Shown piece after piece: positions 49,499 to 63,164 of a DNA stretch of 64,000 bases. Under the pieces are notes generated by a model. It ran no database searches, was not told the DNA's origin, and worked only from the letters and a program-made list of their open reading frames with translations. Made by a program: the position numbers and the translations under genes. Origin of the DNA: Anaeramoeba ignava BMAN (Eukaryota > Protista > Anaeramoebae). The number at the start of each line of letters is the position of its first letter. Position 1 is the first letter of the stretch. The stretch is taken from assembly GCA_028826165.1 (NCBI GenBank), contig JAPDFW010000061.1:486775-550774 (forward strand), written 5' to 3'.

Positions 49499-52400
49499 AT
49501 GGATCCAGAAGTGTGCTCAATGTGTTTTGAAATTTATTCTCAAGAGAGAAAACCAATGATTATTTGTCAAGATGGGCATTCAATTTGCGAAGATTGTTTG
49601 AAAAAAGTTGATGGGTGTCCTTTTTGTAGAACTTATTTTGATGATTTCAAACCAATTTTAAATCGTTCTTTGTTACAAATTGTTGAGAAAACCCAAAAAG
49701 AATCAAAGAAAAAAAATATTCCTTTTATTCCTTTAACAGAATTAGATGTTGAACCAAAACCATTTGCTGTTGGAGGATCTGCTGTCCTTTTTCGAGCTAA
49801 GTGGAAAGGAAAAGATGTTGTTATCAAAAGGATGATGTTTCTGAATGATGAAAAATCAGATCAATTTGAAAATGAATTAAAACTTGCAATGAAAGTTGAA
49901 CATCCTTTAATTATTAAGATGTATGGAAAAACTGAAATGGATCAAATGATTGGACTTGTAATAGAATTTGCTGAGCAAGGAGATTTAACTAAGCAAATTC
50001 CAAAGTTAAGATTTGAAGAACAAATTGATTATTCATTACAAATTATTGAAGGGATAAGAGTTTTACATTCAAATTCAATTATTCACCGAGATTTGAAACC
50101 TGAAAATATCCTCATTTCAAATAATAAACCAAAAATTTCTGATTTTGGTATTTCAAAAGTCAGAGAACACACGATGAAAGTTACTTCAGCTATTATTTCA
50201 TTTCGTTATTCAGCTCCAGAACTTTTGCAAGAAGGAAATTTTTATGATACTTCTTGTGATATTTTCAGTTTATCAATGATCTTATATGAAATTTTCTCAA
50301 AGAAACAACCTTTTGAAAAATTGAGTCCTATCATGATTCCAGCAAAAGTGTTACAAGGTGAAAGACCTGAATTCCCAAATGATTTCCCCAAAGATTTAGC
50401 TGAATTGATTAAGAAAGGATGGAATCTAAACCCAAAAGAAAGATGTACGCTGAATGAATTTCAACAATATTTGAATCGAAGAAAAAAAGAAAGTAATTTT
50501 TTTCAATTAAAAATTGTTTTCTGTTTAAATCAAATTTCATTTTCATTATTAATCAAATAGCTCAACAAAAGAATGAGGATATTTGGAACAATTCACTGAA
50601 GATGAATAACAATCTTCCAAAAATACCATCAAAGACCACGACTACGATCCCTCCTGTAATTCACAACAAATCTTAATATTCTTCAACACAAAAAATAATT
50701 TCAATCAAAACCAAAATCAAAATCAAAATCAAAATCAAAATCAAAATCAAATTCAAATTCAAATTCAAAACCAAAATTAATGGAAATAGACTGTTAAATT
50801 TGTGAAGAAAACTTTTGGAATTGCTCAATATGAATTCCAAGCATCAAACCCAACAGAATTGTCATTTTCATTAGGTGATGAACTTGAAATTTTATCACAA
50901 GGTCAAGATGGATGGGGAGATGCAAAATTAAAAGGAAAAGCAGGATTTGTACCTCTTAATTACTTAGATATAATTGAAAAAATAGTAGAAATAATACCAC
51001 CATCAACACCCAAACCACGAATTCCACAAAAGCAAATGGATGAAACAAATCAATTTAAACTAGATATTCAATCAAACAACCAAGAAAATGAGATGAATCA
51101 AATTCAAGGAGAATTAGAAATAAATGTGCGCGAAAAAGAACAGCAAACTTTCCCAAATTTTATTTTTGAAATTTCAAATGTTGATGAAAGTAAATTCTTC
51201 TAAATTTAAATTTCCTTTTTCTTTCGTTTGATTATTTAATTTAAATTGACTACACATTATTTTTCATTCAAAATCAAAATCAAAACACAAACTCAAAAGA
51301 TAAATCGCCTCAAATAGAAACACTCAAAAAAGAAATTGAAGAAGTTATTTCTTGGCCTCCTTCTCGGGGATATCCTGAAATTCCCGACGAAATCTTTGAA
51401 AACAAACAGTATAATTTAATTGAATTTGCTCAAAAATTTTTTACTCCTCCTAGAAAAAATCGGCCTGTTGATGGTCGTGATCTCATTCAATATGAACCAA
51501 AAGAAATTAATAAACCTGTTCTTTTAGCTGTTTCTGAATCAAAGAATTTCAAGCAGAAAAGTGCTGCCATTGAAATTTTTAAGAGTAATTCGTTTTCTTT
51601 TTTTGGATTGGTGTTTTATTGATATTTATTATTCTTTTTCAAAAACAAAAAGATATTTTATGTTATATTGGTGCAAAAGGAAAAAGAACAATTGAAGAAC
51701 CTAAGTTTGCAAAAAGAATACTTTCAAAAGGAATTGAATTTCCTGAAATTCGTGATGAAATTTACTTTCAGCTTATGAAACAATTACAAGCACCTGACAT
51801 GTAAATTAAAATTAAAATTAAAATTAAAATTCATTTATAAAATTAAAATTAAAATTAAAATTTAGTGAAATCCAACGAAGATGCTGGCAATTATTAATTT
51901 TAATTTGTTCAACTTTTCCACCTTCTGAAGAAAGTGAAAATTATTTGAAAAGTCATATTGCATCTCATTTAAAAAAATCAAAAAGAATAATATCACAACT
52001 TTCACAATATTGCATGTTAAAATTCATAACAATTTGTAATTTAAGAGCAAATAAAGATGATTTTCAAATGCCTTTAGATGAATTAATTGAAAATATTTCT
52101 GTAAGTTTTGGAATTATTTTATTATTTTTTTTTCTTTTTTTAATGTTTTTCTTTTTTTTTAGACTGCTCCTTCAAAATCTGTTGCTTTATTTGGTGTTTC
52201 TGTTGAAGAAGTAATGTGGTTTCAAAGAACAACTGATCCAGATACTTTAATTCCGAAAATTATACCATTTTTATGCCAAGCAATTAAAGATAAAGGAGGT
52301 AAAATTAAAATTAATATTAAAATTAATATTAAAATTAAATTTAAAATTAAATTTAATAATTATTTTTTCAGGAATGAAAACTCAAGGAATATTTAGAGTA

Positions 52401-52948
52401 CCTGGAAGAACTGATGAAGTGACACAAGCAAAATCACAATTTGATCATGGAATTTATACATATTCTTTTAAAAGCCCAAATGATGCAGCTTCACTTTTAA
52501 AACAATTTTTCAGAGATCTCCCTGAACCATTAATTCCTCTTAAATTTTAGTACATTTTAGGAAATAATTTGAATAAAATTAAATATTAAAATTAAAATTA
52601 TAATTAAAATTAAAATTAAAATTAAAATTAAAATTAAAATTAAAATTTAGTCAACAATGCCTTACTTCTGCTGGAAAAATTGAAGAAGAAGAAAAAGTTT
52701 TAAAGCAATTAACACCAGTCCAATTAACAACATTAATTTATATTATCAAATTTTTAAGAGAATTTAATGAACCTGAAGTAATGAACCAAACAGGAACAAA
52801 TCTTGCTAATTTAGCATTAGTTTTTGCTCCTAATTTATTGCGCTCTGGTTCAGTTACATTTAAAAAAGTTACACTAAATCAACCTAAAGAACAACTTTTC
52901 TTATTGATTTTACTTAAATCTTTGGAAATTTCAAAATTCGAAAAATGA
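49499..52948 (+). CDS. Multi-exon RING + TKL-type kinase + SH3 + MyTH4-like + RhoGAP protein
   Basis: CSMC..CQDGHSICEDC..CPFCR; HRDLKPEN/DFG/APE; AQYEF..ELSF..GW..GFVPLNY; RDEIYFQLMKQL and RCWQLL..FPPS; GIFRVPG, AASLLKQFFRDLPEPLIP, NLALVFAPNLLR; the segments are joined by short GT-AG introns. Confidence 0.8.
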
Positions 52949-53211
52949 TCTCCTTTGATTTAATTTTTTTTCTTTCTAAAACAATCCAGAATAAAGAATT
53001 CCAAACAAGAAACAAATCAAAATTTTATTTAATTTTTAATAATAATTAATAAAAATAAATTAATAAAATTAATTAAGAAATGATTTTAAAAAAGTATTTA
53101 TTATTAATATTAAATTAAAATTATTAAAAATAATCAAATATTATTTAAGAAAATTTGATCAAATTTTCATTTTTCATTTTTCAAATTTTTTTTTGATTTA
53201 AAACTAAATTT

Positions 53212-55068
53212 ATGGAAAATAAATTTGAAAAAAATAATCAACAAAATCAAATAAATAAATTTGAAAAAAATAATCAAATAAATCAAATAAATCAATTTAA
53301 AAATGAAAAAATTACACAAATTAATATTTTGGAACATATTAAAAAGAAAAATAGAAATAAAGTTGTATTAATTGATCAAAACAGATTTACAATGTTTCCT
53401 CATGTTTTTTCTGATTGTGAAAAAGAAGAAAATTTATTTCCAATTTTGATAAGACACCAAACTCAAATATTAATCAAAAAAATCAAGAATAATGGACGAG
53501 GAGAATCAATATTGATTGGATCATCAGGAGCTGGAAAATCATTCATTCTTTTTCATTCTGCAATTTTTTTCTCATATTTAAAAAATTGGATAGTATTATA
53601 TATTCCAAATACTGAAGAACTTTTAAAAATGGAAGAATTTGAAGCTGCAAAACAAATTCTGAAAGATATATGGAATAGATATGGAACATGGTTTTTTGAT
53701 TCACTTTCTGAAAAGGAAAGAAATGATCTTAATATTAGTTTATCAACAAATTTACTCACAGAAGATCAAAAGAAATTTCTTATTAAGGAATGTAAACAAG
53801 TGATTTATGCTTTAAAGATTGGTTCATTTAAAGAATATCATAAATTAATTATTGTTGATGAATGGAATGCTTTATGGAATGAAAAACCTCCAAAACAACA
53901 TTTTTTAAATAAGTTCAAAAATTTTTACTCAACTTCAAATGTATTTTTACTTATGGCTATAAGTTCTAAATTCCAAACTTTCGGGAAATTTGATGTATTG
54001 AAGTTTCTCACTATTTCTAGAGAAGTTTACATTTATAATGAAGAAGAATTTGAATCTATTTTAGAAAATTACAAATCATTAAAGAAATTACCCAATGATT
54101 TTCCTAAACAAGATCTTGAAAAAATTACTGGAAGAGTTCCAAGAGTTCTTTTTTTTATCAGTATTGCTTTTCAAAACAAAAAGGATCAATTTAATTGGCT
54201 TGAAGATGCAAAACAAAAAACAAAGAATCATTATCAAGAAATTGTTTGGAAAGTGTTCCAAAAAATAGAACAAAGAAAATCACAAAAATTATATAAAGAT
54301 CGTAATGCATTACTTTTCATAATAAGAGTATTTTTAAACAAATCTTTTGGTGATTTACCAAAATTTTGGGAAGTTGCTGGATTATTTCAAGGATATTCTA
54401 AAATTGGATTTTCACCAATTTGTGAATGGGTATTTGAAGCAATTTCAGAATATATATATCGAGAATTTCCACAAATTGTTGAACTTCTCGCTTTATTTTA
54501 TGAAATAAGATTCTATTCACTTGAATTATATGTTAGTAGTATCTTTTATTCTGGTTTTTTAACTTTTATTGATTTGCCAAATGTTGATTTAGCAGGAAAT
54601 ATTAGATCTCACAACTCATTTCATATTGGAGTTTCTTCTCAAATTTTACAAAACAAAAATGAGAAAATCAAACAATTAAATCCAGGAACTTTGATTCGAT
54701 GTTTTGAAAATCATCCTGTTGTTGATTTTATCATTTATTCATTAAACAAACAGTTGTTTTATATCCAAATTTCTCCAGAATATTATCCAAATCATTCTCC
54801 TAAAATAGATCCATTATTTACAAAAACAATTGAAGAATATGAAAACCAAACAATTATTGAATATTATTCTAATTTAACTAATATGAAACTTTTAACAGAA
54901 AAAGACAAACTTCCAGAAAATCAATTTTATGTTTATATCACCAATCATCAAATTTATTTTCCAAAAAAGGAATTTATCAATCAACCTGTTGTTCTTGTTA
55001 ATAAAGAGAGATTATCTCATCTTAATCCAGAACTTTGGAATTATATTTCGGGTAATTTTGATAAATAG
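53212..55068 (+). CDS. P-loop NTPase + restriction-endonuclease-like domain, copy 2
   Basis: Near-identical to 47201-49042. Confidence 0.7.
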   Translation: MENKFEKNNQQNQINKFEKNNQINQINQFKNEKITQINILEHIKKKNRNKVVLIDQNRFTMFPHVFSDCEKEENLFPILIRHQTQILIKKIKNNGRGESILIGSSGAGKSFILFHSAIFFSYLKNWIVLYIPNTEELLKMEEFEAAKQILKDIWNRYGTWFFDSLSEKERNDLNISLSTNLLTEDQKKFLIKECKQVIYALKIGSFKEYHKLIIVDEWNALWNEKPPKQHFLNKFKNFYSTSNVFLLMAISSKFQTFGKFDVLKFLTISREVYIYNEEEFESILENYKSLKKLPNDFPKQDLEKITGRVPRVLFFISIAFQNKKDQFNWLEDAKQKTKNHYQEIVWKVFQKIEQRKSQKLYKDRNALLFIIRVFLNKSFGDLPKFWEVAGLFQGYSKIGFSPICEWVFEAISEYIYREFPQIVELLALFYEIRFYSLELYVSSIFYSGFLTFIDLPNVDLAGNIRSHNSFHIGVSSQILQNKNEKIKQLNPGTLIRCFENHPVVDFIIYSLNKQLFYIQISPEYYPNHSPKIDPLFTKTIEEYENQTIIEYYSNLTNMKLLTEKDKLPENQFYVYITNHQIYFPKKEFINQPVVLVNKERLSHLNPELWNYISGNFDK

Positions 55069-55409
55069 AATCAAATTCAAAATCAAATTCAGAAAAAAGA
55101 AATGAAAAGAAATGATTGAGAAAATGATTCTTTTCTTTCTTTCTCTTTTTCTTTTCCATTTTTTTTCTTTCTAAAACAATTAAAACAAATTAATCATTTT
55201 TGACAGTTTTTTAATTATCAATAAATTGAAAACTAATTTATTTGTTGAAAAGAAAGAAAGAAAGAAAGAAAAAAAAAAGAGGAAGAAAAAGAAAATTCCA
55301 CTTTTTTTTTTCAAAATCAAAAATCAAAAAACAAAAAACAAACAATAAAAAACAAAACAATAAAACAACAAGTTTTCAATTAAAAATTGATTATAAAAAA
55401 GAAAATAAT

Positions 55410-58070
55410 TCAAAATTTTTTATCATTTGATAAATCATTTGATAAATCATCAAAATCACTAAAAATTTCATCACCAGTTGTTAAATTATCTTCTGAATAA
55501 TTTGGTAATAAAGATTGTTTTTGTTTTTAAATTTTCTTTTAAAATATCTTTTGATGAGAATATTGTTTTTCTTTTTGAAATATTCCAATGAATCATTGAA
55601 ATTAAAAACTATCATTAAAATTTCAAAAAGAAATAAAAAGAAGATGAATCAATAAAAATCTTTTATCATTATCCATTATCCAATTTGGAATTGAATTATC
55701 AACAGCATTTGCAATATCATAAATAGAGCGAATTATAAACAAAGAACTAATAACAATAACTAAATTCATGAATGTTTTTGCTCTAAGTCTTGTTTTTGAT
55801 TTTAAATTGAATTGAATTAAAATTCTGTAAATTTTCGTTCCAAAAAAAGTTAAAAGAATAACTAATAAAGTAAAAGTTGAACCATGAAAAACAAAATTAA
55901 AAACTTGATTTTCTGGATCAATAACACATGCTACTAAATTAAGTATAAATGTTATAACAATTAAAACTGTGAATAAAGGTGTAACTAATTTACTTAAACG
56001 TTGATCTTGTTCGTAATATGAATATAAAAGAGCTGACATAAACCAAATACACAGAACCAAACTATTTTAATTTTGAATTTGATTTTAAATTTTAATTTTA
56101 ATTTGATTTTGATTTAATTTTAATTTAATTTTGATTTAAATTGATTTGATTTAATTTAATTTTAATTTTGATTTAATTTTGATTTAATTTTAATTTGATT
56201 TGATTTGATTTGATTTGATTTAATTTTGATTTAATTTTGATTTTGATTTTAATTTTGATTTAATTTTGATTTGATTTAATTTAATTTTGATTTGATTTCG
56301 AATTTGATTTAATTTTGATTGAATTTTAATTGAATTTTGATTTGATTTGATTTAATTTAATTTAATTTAATTTTAATTTTGATTTGATTTGATTTAAATT
56401 TTGATTTAATTTTGATTTAATTTTAATTTGATTTTGATTTGATTTTGATTTGATTTAATTTTGATTTTGATTTGATTTTGAATTGAATTTGAATTTAATT
56501 TTGATTTGATTTTGATTTAATTTGATTTTGATTTGATTTGATTTTGATTTGATTTTAATTTAAATTGATTTAATTGATTTTGATTTAAATTTGATTTTGA
56601 TTTTGATTTAATTTAATTGAATTTAATTTGATTTAATTTAATTGAATTTAATTTTAATTTAATTTTGATTTAATTTGATTTAATTTGATTTGATTTGATT
56701 TGATTTGATTTTGATTTAAATTTGATTTAATTTTGATTTGATTTAAATTGATTTAATTGATTTTAATTTAAATTTGATTTAATTTTGATTTAATTTGGAT
56801 TTTGATTTAATTTTATTTTGATTTGATTTAATTTTAATTGAATTTAATTTTAATTGAATTTTGATTTAATTTGATTTAATTTTAATTTTGATTTGATTTA
56901 ATTTAATTTTGATTTAAATTAAATTTGATTTTGATTTGATTAATTTTAATTTTGATTTGAATTTAATTTTAATTGAATTTTAATTGAATTTGAATTTTAA
57001 TTTAATTTAGATTAAATTTTGATTTTGATTTAATTTGATTTAATTTTAATTTGATTTAATTTAATTTGATTTTAATTTAGATTAAATTTTGATTTTGATT
57101 TAATTTGATTTAATTTTAATTTAATTTTGATTTAATTGATTTTGATTTAATTTTGATTTAATTTGATTTAATTTAATTTAATTTAATTTGATTTAAATTT
57201 AATTTTAATTGAATTTTGATTTAATTTTAATTGAATTTTAATTGAATTTTGATTTTGATTTAATTTTGATTTGATTTAATTTTGATTTGATTTTGATTTG
57301 ATTTGATTTTGATTTAATTTTGATTTGATTTAATTTTGATTTGATTGATTTGATTTTGATTTAATTAATTTTGATTTAAATTTGATTTAAATTGAATTTG
57401 ATTTGATTTGATTTGATTTAATTTTGATTGAATTTTGATTGAATTTTATTGAATTTAAATTGAATTTGATTTGATTTAATTTTTGATTTAATTTTGATTT
57501 AATTTTAATTTTGATTTGATTTGAATTTTGATTTAATTTTGATTTAAATTTGATTTAATTGAATTTTAATTGAATTTTGATTTTAATTTGATTTAATTTA
57601 ATTGAATTTTGATTTTGATTTTTGATTCGTCACTCTAAAAATTGTAAATATAAAGGTAATCTGAGATAAAATAAATTGATTAAATAATTGCTTTTATAAA
57701 TAAAATTTGTTGGTTGAATAAGATTTAATAAAGCTCTTTGTAAAGATAACCAAAAAGTAACTGAAATTATTGAAACTCGAAAAAAGAAAATTTTTGAGTT
57801 TAATTTTTTACTATTTTTGCTTTTTATTTTGCTTTAAATTTAAAAAATAAATAAATATTTATTACTTTCATTCATTTTAAATTAATTAAATTTCTTTTAC
57901 TTTTTATAAGATGTTTTAAAAATTCGATATAATTCAAAAAAACCAAAAATACAACATAAAAAATAAAGAGAACTTAAAAGAAATAATTGCCAAGAATTTG
58001 AACTTAAAGCTGAAACAGTTCCAAGAACTTTATCTTTATGAGAAATTTGAGCAATAGAACCAAATCTCAT
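55410..58070 (-). CDS. Multi-pass (about 7 TM) membrane protein, possibly GPR137/THH1-TOM1-like; exon boundaries approximate
   Basis: ATG at 58070 with hydrophobic exons at 57630-58070; ORF 55623-56060 has several TM helices (ISSLFIIRSIYDI); acidic C-terminal tail. Confidence 0.5.
56065..57625. repeat. Intronic degenerate (ATTTG/ATTTTA) microsatellite
   Basis: About 1.5 kb of low-complexity sequence between coding exons. Confidence 0.85.
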
Positions 58071-58639
58071 TCAAATTGAAAAATGAAAAATTTTTGATTT
58101 TTCTTTTTCTTTGATTTTTCTTTTTCTTTTTGATTTTTCTCTCAGATTTCCATTCTATCATTTTGTTATCTTTAATTTTTATTTTTTTATTTGAAATAAT
58201 TTTTATTCCACTTTTTATTCCACTTTTTTTTTCTTTTTTTTAAATAATTTTAATCAAAAAGAAAAACTCAACTTTCTTTTTGATTTTTTCCTCATTTATA
58301 AAAATAAACTCAAAATCAATGAAAGAAGAAATAAAAGAAAAGAAATAAAAAAAGTGGAATTAAATAAAAAATTATTTCTAAAAAATAAAAAATTTCAAAT
58401 CAACTTTTTTCTTCATTGAGAAAAAGAAAGAAAAGAAAATTTGAAAAAGAATGATTTTTAAAGAAGTTTTGTTTTGTTTTGTTTTTGTAATTAATTAAAA
58501 TTGATTAATTTTTAATTTTGAAATTATTTTTGTAATTGATTTTTGTATGTTTTTGTTTTTAAAGAATGATTTTAATTCATTTAAAAAAATGATAAAAAGA
58601 AGAAAATTGAAAGAAAGATAAAATGTATTTTTTTTTTAA

Positions 58640-61600
58640 TCAACAACATCCTGTTTTTTGATTTTTTTTTTCATTTTTTTGATCAGTTAAACTTGTATCT
58701 TGAATTTGGATTGTATCTTTTTCTTTTGGTTTTCTTGCTTCAATTGAAAGTTCAATTAATTTATCAACAAGAGAATTCATTGCATTATCTTTATAATTTT
58801 ATAATTAATTTTATAAATAATTTTATAATTAATTTTATAAATAATTTTATAAATAATTTTATTAATAATTTTATAAATAATTTTATAAATAATTTTATAT
58901 TTAATTTTATAAATAATTTTATAAATAATTTTATAATTAATTTTATAAATAATTTTATAAATAATTTTATAATAATTTTATAAATAATTTTATAAATAAT
59001 TTCATCTTGAATTTACCAATTCCAATATTATCTTTTGCTGAAGTTTTAAACCTTTTTGTAAAAAAAATAATAAAAGAAAATTTTTTGATAAATTTGTTGT
59101 TTTTTTTTGGAAAAAGAAATTTAATTTATAAACCATTTAAAAAATCCTTCAGTTTCAGCAAATTCATTAATTTGTTCATCTTCAATTTGTTGATTTTCAA
59201 GATCACACTATTAAATATTGTTTTAAAAAAATTTTTGGATCATGTTTTAATTAAAATTAAAAAATTAAAAGAGGAATAAGAGATATAACTTTATTTGCTA
59301 ATAAAATCATTGGAACATGTTCATTATTTGGTAATAAAACTTTATCCATAACATCATCTCTCCACTAAATAAATTAATAATTAAAATTAAATCAATCAAA
59401 ATAAATATTAAAATTATATTTGAATATTTTTTTTGGAAAAATTAAAAAGAAAATTAAACTTTTTTTGCTTCATGAAGTGTCATTTCTCGAGTTAAATCAA
59501 ATACTATAATTGCTGCTGAAGATTCTTTATAATATGTTCTAGTCATTGCTCCAAATCTTTCATGACCTGCAATATCCCATAATTGAAGTGTAATTTCTTT
59601 TCCATTTTTTGTAAGTTGTGCTTCTGCAAAATCAACACCAATTGTCTTTTCAATTTAATAATTAAATTTATATTTAATTTAATAAATAATTTTATAAATA
59701 ATTTTATATTTAATTTTATAATTAATTTTATAATTAATTTTATAAATAATTTTATAAATAATTTTATAAATAATTTTATATTTAATTTTATAATTAATTT
59801 TATAATTAATTTTATAAATAATTTTATAAATAATTTTATAAATAATTTTATAATTAATTTTATAAATAATTTTATAATTAATTTAATAAATAATTTTATA
59901 AATAATTTTATAAATAATTTTATAAATAATTTTATAATTAATTTAATAAATAATTTTATAAATAATTTTATAAATAATTTTATAAATAATTTAATAAATA
60001 ATTTTATAAATAATTTTATAAATAATTTTATAAATAATTTTATAAATAATTTTATAAATAATTTTATAATTAATTTTATAAATAATTTTATATATAATTT
60101 TATAAATAATTTTATAAATAATTTTATAAATATTTTTATAATTAATTTTATATATAATTTTATAAATAATTTAATAAATAATTTAATAAATAATTTTATA
60201 AATAATTTTATATTTAATTATATAAATAATTTTATAAATAATTTTATAAATAATTTTATAAATAATTTTATATTTAATTTTATATTTAATTATATAAATA
60301 ATTTAATAAATAATTTTATAAATAATTTTATAATTAATTTTATAAATAATTTTATATTTAATTTTATAAATATTTTTATAATTAATTTTATAAATAATTT
60401 TATAAATAATTTTATAAATAATTTTATAAATAATTTTATATTTAATTATATAAATAATTTTATAAATAATTTTATAAATAATTTTATAAATAATTTTATA
60501 TTTAATTTTATAAATAATTTTATAAATAATTTTTATAAATAATTTTATAAATAATTTAAATAATTTTATAAATAATTTTATAAATAATTTTATAAAATAA
60601 TTTTATATTTAATTTTATAAATAATTTTATAAATAATTTTATATTTAATTTTATATTTAATTTTTATAAATAATTTTATAAAATAATTTTATATTTAATT
60701 TTATAAATAATTTTATAAATAATTTTATAAATAATTTTATAAATAATTTTATATTTAATTTTATAAATAATTTTATATTTAATTTTATATTTAATTTTAT
60801 AAATAATTTTATAAATAATTTTATATTTAATTTTTATAAATAATTTTTATATTTAATTTTATATTTAATTTTTTTTATATTTAATTTTATATTTAATTTT
60901 ATAAAATAATTTTTATAAATAATTTTATATATAATTTTATATTTAATTTTTATAAAATAATTTTATAAATAATTTTATAAATAATTTTATAAATAATTTT
61001 ATAATTAATTTTTATAAATAATTTTATAATTAATTTTTATAATTAATTTTATAATTAATTTTTATAAAATAATTTTTTATAATTTTTTTTATAAAATAAT
61101 TTTATAAATAATTTTATAAATAATTTTATAATTAATTTTATAAATAAATTTTATAAATAATTTTATAAATAATTTAATATTTAATTTTATAATTAATTTT
61201 ATAAATAATTTTATAAATAATTTTATATTTAATTTTATATTTAATTTTATATTTAATTTTTATATTTAATTTTATTAATAATTTTATAAATAATTTTATA
61301 AATAATTTTATAAATAATTTTATAATAATTAATTTTATAATTAATTTTATAAATAATTTTATAAATAATTTTTATATTTAATTTTATAAATAATTTTATA
61401 ATTAATTTTATAAATAATTTTTATATTTAATTTTATATTTAATTTTATAAAATAATTTTATAAATAATTTTATAAATAATTTTATAAAATAATTTTTTTA
61501 TAAATAATTTTATAAATAATTTTTATAAATAATTTTATAAATAATTTTATAAATAATTTTATAAATAATTTTATAAATAATTTTTATAAATAATTTTATA

Positions 61601-62075
61601 TTTAATTTTTATATTTAATTTTATAAATAATTTTATAAATAATTTTATAAATAATTTTATAATTAATTTTATAATAAATTTAATAAATAATTTTATAAAA
61701 TAATTTTTTATAATTAATTTTATAAATAATTTTATAATTAATTTTATAAATAATTTTATAAATAATTTAATAAATAATTTTATAAATAATTTTATATTTA
61801 ATTTTATATTTAATTTTATAAATAATTTTATAATTAATTTTATAAATAATTTTCTATTTAATTTTATATTTAATTTTATAATTAATTTTATAAATAATTT
61901 TATAAATAATTTTATAAATAATTTTATATTTAATTTTCTTAATTACAATTTTATAATTTGGTGTAAAAACTCCTTCAGTAAATCTTTTTATAATACTTGT
62001 TTTTCCACAAGCAAACGAGCCAATAACAATAACTTTATAAAGTTGACCATCTTTATCAATTTTTTCTGCACACAT
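58640..62075 (-). CDS. Rab32/38/29-family small GTPase (about 6 exons)
   Basis: GSFACGKTS, TIGVDF, LQLWDIAGHERFGAMTRTYYK, WRDDVMDKVLLPN, LLANK|CDL, KTSAKDN, C-terminal GCC-stop. Confidence 0.9.
59655..61935. repeat. Intronic 12-bp tandem repeat (AATTTTATAAAT)n; the same unit also occurs at 58792-59002
   Basis: About 2.3 kb of repeat in Rab intron 1 and a short tract in the last intron. Confidence 0.9.
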
Positions 62076-62164
62076 TTTTAATAGAAAATAAATTGAAATA
62101 TTTTTAAAAAAAAAAAGAAAGGAAAAAAAATGAAAAAAAAAAAAAAATTTTTTCGTTTTATTTA

Positions 62165-63082
<918 letters not shown>

Positions 63083-63164
63083 TTTTATAAATAATTTTTA
63101 AAAAGGAAAAATGAAATTTCATTTTTCATTTTTATTTATATTTTTATTTTTATTTTTAGTCAAA

